DNA of 47,584 bases, filler included, from Sphacelaria rigidula (GCA_964200075.2; 2 parts of 2 records of this genome joined end to end with filler, not necessarily neighbours in it), one strand, 5' to 3'; shown: positions 34,691-46,908, counted from the first letter of the whole stretch. The notes: generated by a model not told the origin, from the sequence alone. Numbers and translations are program-made.

Positions 34691-35493
34691 GTGCTGGCAG
34701 CTTACATCGACCCTCGCTACGGGAATCTCGTAGAGTTACCCCTGCCAAAGTGCATCGAGATCTGGGGTTACAATCCACAAACCGACTTCAGCAGGAGCAG
34801 CTCATCGTCGGGCACTCGCGATAATTCTTCTGCTGAAGGATCTTCCATGACAGCGGCAGTGACCAGCGGTGACCCCAATTTATCGGCGTCATCGGCTGGC
34901 GTCGGCTCGCCGAACAATAATGCGTCTTCCCACCCATCTCGTGTTTTTTCTTCCGTTTGTCGCGAGGGAGAACGAATGCCGGGGAGCGCTGGCGGCCCGG
35001 TCTTGTCAGAAAGTCGCAGAGAAGATCACGGTCGGGTCGTGGAGGGGTCCTATGACACCAGCAGCAACAACGACCGGTCATTGTCCGGACCCGACGCAAC
35101 CGTTTCGGGGACGGGGGGCGTGGAGGTACAAGTTGACGGGATGGGGGTATCCATACCGTGGGTCCCGCCGAAATTCGTGCAGTGGCTTGCTCAGCGCAGG
35201 AAGGTCCGGCGCGAGATCTGCAACATGCGGCGGGTCGGTGATCACAAAAACGTGGTCAAGCTAATATCCGTGCTCGAGTTCTTGCAGGACTCCAAGAGCA
35301 CGCTTTTTCTGATTTTGGAGCTGGTGGCCGGCGGGGAGTTACTGGATCATATCCGCCCGATGGCCGAGAGTAGCTACGGGTCGAGGAGCAGGGTAGGCGG
35401 GTCTGCATTGCGAGCGGAAGGGTCCATGCAGCGGTATTTTGGGCAGCTGTTGTCGGGTTTGTCGTACTGCCATCGACAAGGAGTGTGCCATAG
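34691..35493 (+). CDS. Kinase exon 3 (insert, helix C, subdomains IV-VIa)
   Basis: ttcag|GTG; VRREICNMRRVGDHKNVVKL...LILELVAGGELLDHI...YFGQLLSGLSYCHRQGVCH; AG|gtgaaa, phase 2. Confidence 0.92.
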
Positions 35494-36523
35494 GTGAAAG
35501 CTTGCACGTCTCTTCTATTTTACATTGTGCTTAGTGATGCTTTTTTGCGGTTTTGTTGTAAAATATTGAGTGTTCGAATCGCCTTCGCGTCTTCCAAATC
35601 GAAAATCGGTCGTGCATTTTTTTTCGTTGTGTTCCCGTTCGGTTCATACGGTGCCCCCTGGTCGCCTTGCATACACTTGTGTAGCGTTTGGTTGCATGAC
35701 CCAACATACCTCAAATCGTGGGGATACCTGCTTCTGATTCCAGGATAACCATACAAAGCTGCCCCTCCTTCTGCTCCAGAATTTCGTTGCCATTGAAGAA
35801 ATTGCGTGAATTTCCGCCCTAACCCAACACTACGGCCTTTCAGCCGCTGAATGCGTTACGCGCGAACGATCCGACCTACCTAGGTTGGTAGTCTTTGATT
35901 CAGTCATGTGTTGAATGCATCCGTTACCAATCCTGATGAGGACCAGATATACCAATACCGGCAACGTCATTCGGGATTTCGAGAATGGGCAGACCTTGAC
36001 AGGATGACAGATTCGCGTTTCGAACATTTGTCTCAGCTGTCGTGACAACAGGATGACATGCGTCCGTGTTCTATACGGCATACGCTGAGTAACACCCCCC
36101 ACGCTTACGACAACGAATAGTCAAAACCTGCAAACGCCGTCAAGATATTTTGACGGACAATGACTCTGGGTAAAGGTCCCTCCACGGTGCGGTCAAAATC
36201 ATTTGTCATGAATCCTACCCGCAATACTAAAATTGAGTAGTTGTACTGCACCAGTGTGTTGCGGTCCCAGCATAGTGCTGCCATGCCGAACTGGCGACTC
36301 CCTACATTCTGCTTGAGTTCGTACTCCCACCTGTTGGTTTTATAACCACTCAAAGAACGCATCGCGCTGTAAACGTTTTCGGTTTAGCGATTGTTTCTCC
36401 CGATTTGTGTCGATGTACTGCGGTGCACGTTTCCGACAGCTTTTTACTGACACTGCTTCCCCAAAATCATGGTTTCCGTCCTCACAAAATCATCGATAAT
36501 TTTTTGTTGTTATTACACCCCAG

Positions 36524-36657
36524 GGATCTCTCACCGTCAAATCTTTTGCTGGCCGAGTCGTCACAGAGGAACGTTCCACCAGAGCTCAAGATCGCAGATT
36601 TTGGGCTATCGGCGTGCTGCGCCGTGCCCTCGTCGGGGAATGAGAACCTGAGACTAG
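36524..36657 (+). CDS. Kinase exon 4 (catalytic loop, DFG)
   Basis: cccag|G GAT; RDLSPSNLLL...LKIADFGLSA; G|gtacga, phase 1. Confidence 0.92.
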
Positions 36658-37096
36658 GTACGAATTCACGTCCTGGTGGTGAAATGAGTGTTGCAACCCC
36701 AGCTTGAACGGGCCTCGTGGGGTGAATCGTGGTAGATGTAGTCTAAGCGGTCTACTGTTGAAAACCGGTTTCCCGTCGTGGAACCCGTGACACTGTGAAA
36801 TGATGTGAAATGAGAAGAATAGTGAAAAACGTGGACGAGCTCCGGGAGTGCTAATTAAAAGTTCGAACAGTGAAGTTGTCTGACAAATCACCGGTGGAAA
36901 GATGGGTTGATCAATTCGTTTTCGATTGGAGACGACTAACTCATCTCGAGCAGCGCAGTTTGGCCGCACGCGCGGGGGTGGAGGGTAGTCATCGTATTCA
37001 CAAGAGTGTTTCTTGTCAACCCGCATCCTCTCTTCTTGGACCGAGGCCGTTGTCCCAAAGGATCACTTGCCCCCCCCCTTGTTGCGGACAGACGGC

Positions 37097-37233
37097 GGTG
37101 CTCCGTCTCGAAAAGGATGCGTGGTCAAGACTAAGGCAAGCAACAATGAGGACGCCCCCCCCCCCCTGGTTGCGGGGTCGATGGTGTTATGGCTATGGCA
37201 TGCATGATCATGAGTACACGCCCCCCCCCCCCT
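37097..37233 (+). repeat. Poly-C-associated repeat, variant A + truncated variant B in tandem (kinase intron 4)
   Basis: Each unit ends ATGAG(G/T)AC..C-run and is preceded by a C-run. Confidence 0.85.
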
Positions 37234-37726
37234 GGTGTGTATGTTCCTTGAACTCTGTTATGGGGGTGCTGGATCCCTTCTACCGCATCCCATCAACTTT
37301 CATCAAGCTGTATCGTTGTTGCAGAAGCTGTCGTTGTCACGTTGCGGACTTCTGATAGAGAAGACTAACAAAGCAAGTGTCCTGTCGGGATTCGAACTGC
37401 AATCCGTTCGACTGGAGTAAGATGCACCAGTTTTGACCGCTGACGCGCGGCGGCAGCAGCTTAGACATTGAACATCGCGTACCTTAGTGCAAGAGTCGGT
37501 ATTCCTGACGGTAGGTCTTTGCGTACTACATGTAATTCAGGTGTGGCGAGTGGTGCACTCGTATGCATAGGATGATCTCAGTTGTACAAGAATCATGGCC
37601 AACGAGCTTGCATGTCCATCCGGTCTTGCTGGATTGTTCCAAATGCGTACATACTGACGTGTTATTTGCCCCACCGTCCCCACTCTTTCCCCCATTTTGG
37701 TTTGATGGGGTTTCTGGGGGATCCAG

Positions 37727-37824
37727 ACGATGAGCGGCCCGGTGAAAAACTGCCTCTACGCGTCACGTCTATCGTGGGGTCTCCGCACTACATGGCTCCG
37801 GAGGTTTCTATCGGGAGCGCTACT
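37727..37824 (+). CDS. Kinase exon 5 (activation loop, APE)
   Basis: atccag|AC; VTSIVGSPHYMAPEVSIGSAT; ACT|gtaagt, phase 0. Confidence 0.88.
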
Positions 37825-38204
37825 GTAAGTCAACGTATGATGCAACTGCTGCACACCAACTTCCCGTGTCTCGTACCTCCTCCGTGTTGTGCCCATGCGT
37901 GTGTGTGTGTTTTTTTTTTTGCGTGGTTTCTGTTTTTGTGTTCGAGTCGGTGGGTCTTGGAGGTGTGCCGTCTTGCGGGCTTGTTTTTTTTTGTTTCATC
38001 GCTCCTACTTCCTTGTGACCGAGTTGTGAAGATCCTACCATGTATATACGTATCATTGCTCGTCCCTTTTTTTTTTTTTTTTTTCCCCCTAGCGCGCGCC
38101 CCCGATTGTTGAGAGCGGCTTCAGCGAGTCGCATGAGCTTTTGGTAGGGCGATCTTGTGATGAGGGCTGCATTCGTAGCGCATCACTTGTGCCACAATTA
38201 GCCA

Positions 38205-38422
38205 ATCCGTGTGTGTGTGTGTTGTGTTGTCGTCCCATCTATTCTGGGCGCCAGTCTAACCTTTTCGGGATGTGTGGGCGCATCAGCCGGGGTCACACAG
38301 GAGGGAGGTCAGCACAGGAGCTTCTTCTTTTTAAATTATTTTTAGTACTGCACCGTCCTTCTGCGGTGCTTGCCTTTATTTTTTTATCGCGAGAGGGGTT
38401 TAGCAGTCCCTTTCCCTCGTCG
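38205..38422 (+). repeat. Dispersed repeat, homologue of 18514-18770
   Basis: cccatctattctgg.cgccagtcta...ggggtcacacag...tttatcgcgagaggggtt...cagtccctttccctcgtcg. Confidence 0.85.
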
Positions 38423-38497
38423 TGTGTACACGCCATTATCCGTGCATGAGGCCGCATATCATGGCGTGAGATTCGTTGCGTTTGAAGTTTGCACGGT

Positions 38498-38671
38498 TAG
38501 GACGAATCATCACAACTACGAATCACCAAATTCACGATTTCTTCGGCCTGATTGCCCAAAAGGCAGAAGACAGTTGACCGCTGGTCCAAGGGGTATCCAC
38601 GCAACTTTTACGCCATTCCACGTGTCTGAGCTGTGTGTACCTGGGTTGCAACGCTGAAAACAAGGCCTAGG
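38498..38671 (+). repeat. Dispersed repeat, uninterrupted homologue of 46565-47046
   Basis: cacggttagga.gaatcatcac...cagttgaccgctggtc...ggtatccacgcaactttt.cgccattccacgtgt...gtacctgggttgcaacgctgaaaacaa. Confidence 0.88.
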
Positions 38672-38862
38672 AAGTGACTTGTACGATTCGAAGCAACTGT
38701 ACTAAAACCAAGTAATTCCCAGACGAATCGTTGATTTGTCTGACTCTTGGAAGTTTGTAATTCGGAAAAATTGACGGTATATTTGACTGAGATGGGGGAA
38801 TATCGACGCCACCTGTCGACTCTGCGCGTTTCAAACCCCGTTCTTCTGTGTTTATTTCGCAG

Positions 38863-38966
38863 GGATATGACGGTTTCAAAGCAGATGCATGGAGCTGCGG
38901 CGTGGTCTTGTACACCATGCTCACGGCTAGCCTGCCATTCGGACGAGAGCTTGCTCGATGTCCTAG
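38863..38966 (+). CDS. Kinase exon 6 (subdomain IX)
   Basis: ttcgcag|[39 protein letters not shown]|gtgggt, phase 2. Confidence 0.92.
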
Positions 38967-39254
38967 GTGGGTCCCGCGTGCGTAGTTTTCAAGTGATCAA
39001 CCAATCTCTCTTTTTCTCTGTCGCACTTGAACCCCTCCCCTTCTTCGGGACGAGTCCGTGGTCTCAAGGGATGACCCCATCTCTCCCTGGTACACCCCTT
39101 GCTTCCTGGTCTCGCAGATTGGATCATGACCATCAGCACTCCCGCACCGCGTCGACTCTTGTCCAACAAACTCAGTCAACTAAATTTTTGACTCACTTGT
39201 ACTCTTCCTTTCGATCATGGAAATCAGATACTTGAAAGAAAAAACCAAACGCAT

Positions 39255-39320
39255 CTGGATTCGAACCCTCGTTCTCTCCACCCTAGGGTGACAGTCAGAT
39301 CATTACGTCACCCGGGCGCG
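39255..39320 (-). repeat. tRNA-derived SINE-like head (degenerate)
   Basis: Minus strand: A-box-like TGACGTAATGATC and B-box GGTTCGAATCC about 30 nt apart; no full cloverleaf. Confidence 0.45.
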
Positions 39321-39729
39321 GCGACATGTCTATTTCCCATAATCTAGTTGCCTGGCATTTCGGGGACGCGAATTTGGATCATGACCATCAGCACTCTCGC
39401 CTTGTGTCGACTCTCGTTTGATTTTTCTTTGCTATTCGCGTCCTTGCACTGAGGAGCGTGTTTATTACGATCTTATTGCGCAGGGATTATCGTGGTATGA
39501 ACGCCCCGAAGGGGTAGTGGAGGCCTTTTTTTCTGTGGCACATTGGGTGTGTTGGACGTTAGACGTGCCCGTGCCTGATCTGGACTAGATGAACAAAAAA
39601 TATTTCAAGAGGGTTTTGGTGTTGTTTTGGTCCACACGAACAGAAGCTGCGCTGTGGTCAAGGTGCTTGAAGATGGCTGATTAATGACGGTGTGCTTCAC
39701 CATCTGACACTTGCTGTCGAGAGGGTGGT

Positions 39730-39838
39730 GCGGGGGATGTACTCATGGTCTAGGATGCCGTAGTCATGCGACCATTGACCGTGCATCCCTACAAAACTGG
39801 GATGGAACATGTCGGGTTTTCGCCGGACCGGGTAGTAC
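39730..39838 (-). repeat. Poly-C-associated repeat, variant B (longest copy)
   Basis: Minus strand: C-run|gtactacccggtccggcgaaaacccgac...ggtcaatggtcgcatgactacggcatcctagaccatgagtacat|ccccc. Confidence 0.8.
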
Positions 39839-40128
39839 GGGGGGGGGAAGGGGGCGGTCAGCGTGTCGCTGATGTCGGGCACGATGAAAGACAAAATTGA
39901 CGGGTGTCGACAGGCTACGGTAGTGCGGATCGAATGTAAAACAGTGTAGTGGAAGGCAGGTAGGTACCGGGGAAGACGTTAGTTGATCCCATGAGACTTA
40001 CCGCCTCGTCTGGCGAAAGGATGAGGAGGATGAACGTACGACAAGAACAGGAAGAGAAATAATGACAAGACCCCTGTACCCCCCCCCCCCCTGTGTGTGT
40101 CCCGTCACTCCACTCCCAACGTTCTCAG

Positions 40129-41005
40129 GTACAAGAAGTGGAGAAAATGGGCCGACAAGAACATGATAGGCGCCAAGAAGTCGACGGGCTCCTCCGTACC
40201 GTCGTCACTGTCTTCATCCACGGGATTTCGAACCTCGCCCGATTCCTCGTCATTTTCCAACATTACCCTCGGTTCCGGCGTTGGGCATAGCACAATGACT
40301 ACAGCAGCGGCAGGCAAGGCATCATCATCAACACCATCCACCAAAGCAGCAGTTCCTACTGCGGCAGCTGGAGCGCCACCGTCGCCCGCAGCGCCACCCC
40401 AATGGTTGTTCCCCTCGTCTCTAATCCCCCCGCTGGCAAGATCGCTCCTGGTCGGCCTCCTCACGCCTGACCCTAAGCGCCGTATATCGGTGGACCAAGC
40501 CGCCAAGCACCCGTATCTTTTTGGCGTATATGGTGGTACCACCTGGGACCCTAGCCGTCGGTACAATAGCACCTCCGTCAACATCGATTCTACGAACAGC
40601 AGCGGTATCGGCGGGGTAGCAAAGAAACAACAGCCCAGCGACGTCGTGAACAGCGCTGTGGATTTCTCAGCACCCTCGACGGGCGTCACGAACGAAGCAG
40701 TAGGAGTGTCGCCGGACGCGACTGCTGCGACTCCTGCCGCGGCGGTTCAGACAGCGACGACGCCTTCCACAGAGCAGAGTGCCTCGGATAATGCGGCCAA
40801 GCCGGGAGCTGTAGGTGTCGGAGGCGGAGGTAGTATTCGGCGCGTTTTCGCGACGGAGTGGAAATCGCCGTGGGAAATAGAGGCGCTCGAGCAGAAGAAG
40901 GCGGCGGAGGCGGCGAGGAGAAGGGAGCAGGAATCAAAGGGCGGCGGGATAACGCCTGAGGGAGCTTTTGACCTGTCCTTTGCGCCCACGACGTCGTTCC
41001 CCTGA
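40129..41005 (+). CDS. Kinase exon 7 (insert, subdomain XI, low-complexity tail, stop)
   Basis: ttctcag|G TAC; LARSLLVGLLTPDPKRRISVDQAAKHPYL; TGA at 41003-41005. The exons sum to 2511 nt = 836 aa + stop, with all phases compatible. Confidence 0.88.
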
Positions 41006-42400
41006 GTATGAGTGATTTGTGTGCTGGAAAGTATGGAACGACGCCGCGGTTGAGTTGACATCTGATGTAGGAAGAGTCGAAATTAGCCATTTCATCGGGC
41101 TTCACTCGATCTCTCTTCACTGCGAAATTTTGGGGGGTCTTGAAAGGGAGAAGCATGCGTAAAACATCAACATCAACATACACATGTATATATATACATA
41201 CATATGGGCTCAAAATGAAGATGCTTTGCACAACGAAGGGCTTGAATATGCTATGCTTACGGTGCACCCAAAAGTAACGGATGCCTGTTGAGCTCACGTC
41301 TGGTATGCCACAGTCGAATTTTGCCAGCCAGCCAACTCGACTGATTTCATGGGTTCAATTTTTGTCACAGGGCAGGTATGTTATTTTGTCGAAAACTTAC
41401 TGGACTGCCTGTGGGGGTTTGAGTGGATGAAAGGTGTCCCTGTGGAACCTGGAGGTGCGTATGAAGATTGTTCTTTGCCCGGGGCGCCGTTCATTCCATG
41501 GGAGGGGGTAGCTTGTGAGGTTTTAGCTCAGCATTTTTTTCTGGTGTGAGGAGCTCGGCGAGGGTAGTTGGTTCCAGCGGTTCTAGCGATGTGCGCCGCG
41601 TGCGTTGTGCCACATTCGGTCAGTCTTTTTCGTCTGACTTTTTTTTGATGAAGTGAATGAACTGCTCGGACAAGCATGAAATGAAAAGTCGACTGCAGAT
41701 GTTGTGCGAGACCTCTCCCCTTGATGCCTTTACCGGAGTCTTTCTCGCAGAATTGAACCCCCTTGAAAGATTTTGGTGATGTGCGTGTTTGTGATGAGTA
41801 GGATATAAGTCTGCAGAAAAAATAGATGCTATATAGAGATCTGTTTGTCGCAAAAGGCGTGTGTTTTTGACGTGAGAAGTCCCACCATTCGAACCCAGGG
41901 TAGTTTAGTATGTGCATGTAAGCCTAACCTCGCGTTGGGGACTTCAATGTCCTTCTAGTGATGTCGTGCCTTGACCAAGGTTGCTCTCTCGTTTTTGTTG
42001 TGGAGATGCTACGGCTGCCTCGGCACACTGATGTGATGCGTGTCACTAGGCACTGGAGAGTTCATGCGCTTGACTTGTTCATGAGTCAGCTAACTGTGCG
42101 TGGGCATGCGTAGCGTATCATGTGACCGATTTGTACATGGGTGGGGAGAGATTTCGGGGGTAGAACAGGCAGCCAGGCAAGTCAAAGGTGCTGGAGTCTC
42201 TTGTATTGGGATGCCCACAGCTCGCGTAAGTTGTTTTGACCCAAGCAAGCAATAGTTACAGATTTTTGACGTGCAATTTCTGGTGTCATGTGCTCCCTTG
42301 GTCGCACATTTTCCTTTTTCTCGTGGGGGGGGGGGGGGGGGCCGCGGTTTCGGGAATTTGTTGATGGTGTGCGGGGTGTTCTTTTTTTTGAGTTTTGTCC

Positions 42401-42410
42401 NNNNNNNNNN
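42401..42410. other. Assembly gap flanked by low-quality G-rich sequence
   Basis: 10 N among poly-G runs. Confidence 0.95.
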
Positions 42411-42446
42411 GTGGGGGGGGGTGTGAGGGGTGGGTGGTGGTTGTGT

Positions 42447-42480
<34 letters not shown>

Positions 42481-43939
42481 ACGGTTGCCGAATTCATGTA
42501 TATTGTCCGCGGCGTTCTCTTCTTTGAAATTTGACCGCAGCGCTCAGGTCCCGTGATCTGATGATTAACGGAGTGGGTGCTTGATTTGAGTGGAATCGAA
42601 TGGAGATTGAATTGGAGATATGATGGTTTGTGCTGCACGCGCGCCGAATGAAACGCACCCAGAAGGTGCCAAAATCTCAAAGTGCATCGTATGGTGCAGC
42701 AATGTTTTGGCACGCGCATGCCCGCCCCTCCCTCAGTACTTGGATCGATCTTGTCGTCGAATAAGAGCAAGACTTCTGTGTGTAGGTGAGCAAGGGCTAG
42801 CGCCAGACGTGATTCGCTTGTGCTGGGGGCGTCAGTGTGTGCGTGTTTTGTTCGGGTAGGAACGTCGTATATACCACCAGACTTCTGTACCACGCCCCCA
42901 CACCCTCAGGGCGATGTATACTTTCCTTGGCTTTATACCACTACAGGGGGTGTTGCAGTGGGTTGCTAGCCCGGCGTGGCTGCATCACGCATGGACCCCG
43001 CAGTGTACTGGTATAGTTAAATTACTTGGTATCATTATAGCGGACCGGACTTGTAACGAGTGATTTTGACCGCACTTTAGAGGATCCCCACTGTATCTAC
43101 GGCATTATTCGGAGGTGCGTTGTACATCGCTCCTTTCTTAATACCGCCCGCCGATTATTATTTCCTGGGTTACATAGCATCATCGCATGGGGAACGGTGC
43201 TGATATATCGTAGCCTACCGTAGGTCGTAACGTCTCATCGTGTGGTAGTCGTGGAGGGTGGGGTACTCGACTCGAGCGTTTTTTTTTTGTGAACAGAAGG
43301 TGCAGCCAGATAAGAATATAGATGCAGGTGCACGGTTTGTGCCATGCTTCCTCATTCATGGGGGAACATGAGGTGTAAAGTGTTGTGTTCCATCCTGAAA
43401 ACAAGTGGTGAGTAATCGTGTTCGCAGATTAGAACCCTGTGCTGACTGCACTACTTGAAAATAAGGCACAGTAAGACCCAAGCGCATACTGCAGAGGGCA
43501 TGCATGCAGAAACACGGCGTACATATATATATATATATACATGAGTGTATAATTATATGGTAAGGTTTTGAACTTGATGAAAAGAACGAAAAAAGGTTTG
43601 AAAAAGGAGACGAGAATAATGGTTACCGGGAATTGATTGTGGGTGTGCATCTGTGGTGTGTTGTTTTTCTCTCAACAGTTTTGTTTTTTTGTAAAAGGTT
43701 TCGAGATGCGGGAGAACTACACTTGTTTTTATCGGCCATCCATCGGTGGAGAAGATTTGGGGCAGGAAGGCCGAAGCTTGTACAATATTGATTGGTGGTG
43801 GTTTTAGTTTCCGGTGAGGTTACTGGAGGAATTACCTCGGTCTCCTGAGAGACATGGCGCGCGAAGGGGGGGGGGGGGGGGGGGGGAGCATTTCGAGGGA
43901 AGGATTTGTTTTTGTTGGGTGGGGGGTGGTGGGGGTGGG

Positions 43940-43949
43940 NNNNNNNNNN
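43940..43949. other. Assembly gap flanked by low-quality G-rich sequence
   Basis: 10 N among poly-G runs. Confidence 0.95.
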
Positions 43950-46357
43950 TATTGGTTTGTTGTGAGGATGTGGGGGGAGGGAGGGGGGGGTGTGGGGGTT
44001 GTGTGTAGTACTTCCGAAGTTGAATTTGGTATATTTAGTAGGAGGATTGATGGGTTGGGTACCCGTTTGTACCGATGCGGGAAAAATTAGACTGTGCTCG
44101 TAGTACCATCAGGTTGAGTTGGAGACACATGCACAGAGGCGTGGGCACTCTGAACTCCCCGAAAGTACAAATATATCGTAGTAGAGCGGATGCCACGTTG
44201 TATGATAGCGGTAGCAAAGGAAGGTTTATTCCGTGTAGCAACAAATGATGGCCGTGCATTATTACTTTTTTTTTGCGCTCTTCTTGAATGCGACCTCGAT
44301 AGCAGCAGGTATACGGAGTTTTCCTCCGGGGGAAAATGTCGAATAAATGAAGGAAAAACTCGGAATTTCGTGAAATTATTTTGGCGAAGTGGCTGGCAAA
44401 TATCTTCGCATTTGAGAACAGATTTCCACCGTCTTCCCTGTAAAAATGGGATCTTTGGGTGCCCGGGTCATGGGCGTTCTCCTTGTTTTTTCGCTCAGGG
44501 CGGTGTCTTGATCCGTTTGCTACGGTATGGCGTGGACAAGATGGCATGCACCGTATCGAGACCCATGTTCATAAAAAGTATAGCAGTAGCTACCGTTCAA
44601 GATGGCGCATGCCGGTGATGACCAAGAAAGCTTTGAGAAGGCGGGGGGGCGACGTAGCTATACTTGCGGTGGATCACTTTCAGTGCGGTGTCTGAGATGA
44701 TGCGGTCAACTTCCTACCCCGCAATAACTTTTCCAAGGGAATTGCGTTGTTACCGGTGCAGTGTGGAATGCGACCGCCAGAAGTGCGGCCATGCCGGATT
44801 GATTGCCTTTCGCACGGCTTAAAGACTCGGACTGGACCAAAAGTCAATGTCCTTGTCACTACTGTACCCCTGCACGGAGGGGGGGCAGGTCTGCATGTTT
44901 TCATGTTTTGTCCGACTGGGAGATTCTTTACGTGAAAACGAGGATACATTGGCGTGGTCTTGAGTGTGACTGGTGAAATATAGTCACAGCTGCGATCAGG
45001 CTTTACAATTGACACACCCCGAGCTTTCTGTCATCCATTTGCTCCCCCCGTGGGTGCAGTATATTGAATTGACTTACGGTGTTCCCTGTCGCATTTAGTT
45101 CGTGTAGTCGCCTTGAAAATAGTCGTTCCTTTCTTGCGTCAACACCCCCTGCTGCAACACTGTAGTCGTGTTATCATAGACTAGTTTTTTTCAAGTGGTG
45201 GTGCACGCACATCCACCGGTGATTCTGTACGGAACGGCATGACAAATGATTCTCTTTGTCGTGCCGTGTGGTTATATTTTAGCCGTCTTGCTGTAGCGGG
45301 TCAGTTCTGACTCCATGTTGTTCGTTGCAATAATGTGAAGTGCGTGCATGGTTTTATGTTCGTCCCGAACGACCCGTACGTACAGGAGTGACAACTGTCT
45401 TTGTAATGTGTGCGAGTGTTTTCGCATTCCCTGTTGTAAATATTTGCATCCGTACATTTTGCTTTTTTTTTTTTTGCGTGCTGCCGTACGGTTTTGAGAC
45501 AGTTGGCGCTCCTATTCTACTACTGAAATAAATCGAAGTATGACACACATTACAAGAATTCCAAAGTAAAACGGAGCGGAGACGAATAAATATGGTGGAT
45601 GTGCAACGTCTGAAATTACAGAAATCGCAAAGCTCACGCGGGAAAGTGACAGAATATGGAATCTTTGATTCGTTGATGTGCGGCGCTGGTGAGAAAATAG
45701 GAAATATGGATCGCCGCGAGGGATCAATTGGTGGTTAGCTCGAAAACCTTCGGGCGGGTAGGTCGTGCGTTGGACCCTCGGTGACGTCACATGAACAGGG
45801 TATGATCTCACGCCCAAGAAAGGAAAGCGATTGCTTTGCTTAACTCATCACATTCGATTCCAAGGTTGTGTTCTGTACAGTATACCGGCTAGTAAAAGAG
45901 GTAATTTATCGAGAAGTACCCTTTCCAACCATACCGGAATGTTCGGGCCAAGCCTCTTGATACCCTCCCGGACTATACCCCGAATGTTTGGTACGCATTT
46001 CGGTATGGTTTGGTATGCCAACCAGGAACCCCCTACTCCCGGGTGCACCCCGTCCAAACACAACCTCGTTTGATTTAACCACGAGTTGGTCCCGCCTAAG
46101 CGCGAACTAGTAGTTTCAAGCCCCCCCCCCCCCACCTCAATTTTGAGACATGACTTTCAAATTTGGGTCGGAGGATGAGTAAGGCATGATACTGGAGAAC
46201 AAATCGGCACACCCACTTTTTTTGTTGCATGAGTCAACGGCATTTTAATAATAACTGGATATATATATGGATTATTGCCTTCAACTCCTGAGACAAGAAA
46301 AAACCCAGTTTCTCGATTTTTTTCACTCATGTGCCGTAGTCATTCTCCGTACCAAAG

Positions 46358-46490
46358 TTGAAGGGCAATGGCCTCGAAAAAGTACTCGTATACCTTCTCG
46401 TTTTTTGCCTACGAAATGTACGAAAAATGCCCAGAAACGCCAAAACGCAAAACACGCCATTTAGACTGTTCTCGCTCCGAATTTTTCAAG
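46358..46490 (+). repeat. Third, diverged copy of the outer arm of the 12.9-14.4 kb inverted repeat
   Basis: tgaagggcaatgg...gtacgaaaaatgcccagaaacgc...acacgccatt...tcgctccga matches about 12855-12978. Confidence 0.8.
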
Positions 46491-46606
46491 GGTCGGACAA
46501 ATCAATGATTCGTCTGGAAATTACTTGGTTTCAGTTTAATTGATTCGAATCGAACGAATCAATCCCTGGGCTTTGTTTTCAGCGTTGCAACCCAGGTACA
46601 CGCAGC

Positions 46607-46908
46607 ACAACATTTTTTTCGTGAGATTGAGAGTAGAGGATACGAATGAGAGTGAAAAAGTTGTCAATCAGTGGATTAATCGTTTCAGTTCCGAAATGTC
46701 CCTCCACGAGGCCCATTAATCTTTCTGTAGTAGCTTGCCACTGAGGCGCTTGATATCCCTGAGTAGGATATCGACCTGTAGCTGCAAGCACACGGCAGTG
46801 ATACAGGCAAAGAAGAGCACACACGGAACAAAAGATTGGCCGGGTTGAAGCGAACGATCAAAGCCACTCTCAATCCGCGCTCTACTCTAAATCTCCCGAA
46901 AACGTTGT
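46607..46908. mobile_element. MITE of about 300 bp with imperfect TIRs of about 45 bp, nested in another repeat
   Basis: acaacattttttttcgtgagattgagagtagag...gagagtg vs cactctc...ctctactctaaatctcccgaaaacgttgt; the flanks join into a copy of 38498-38671. Confidence 0.85.

Noticed and set aside
39255-39320. Functional tRNA gene
   Set aside because: A B-box is present, but no convincing acceptor stem or D-arm; better treated as SINE-like.
42090-44090. Pro/Gly-rich ORFs and G-quadruplex-like runs
   Set aside because: They span N gaps and low-quality poly-G sequence; unreliable.
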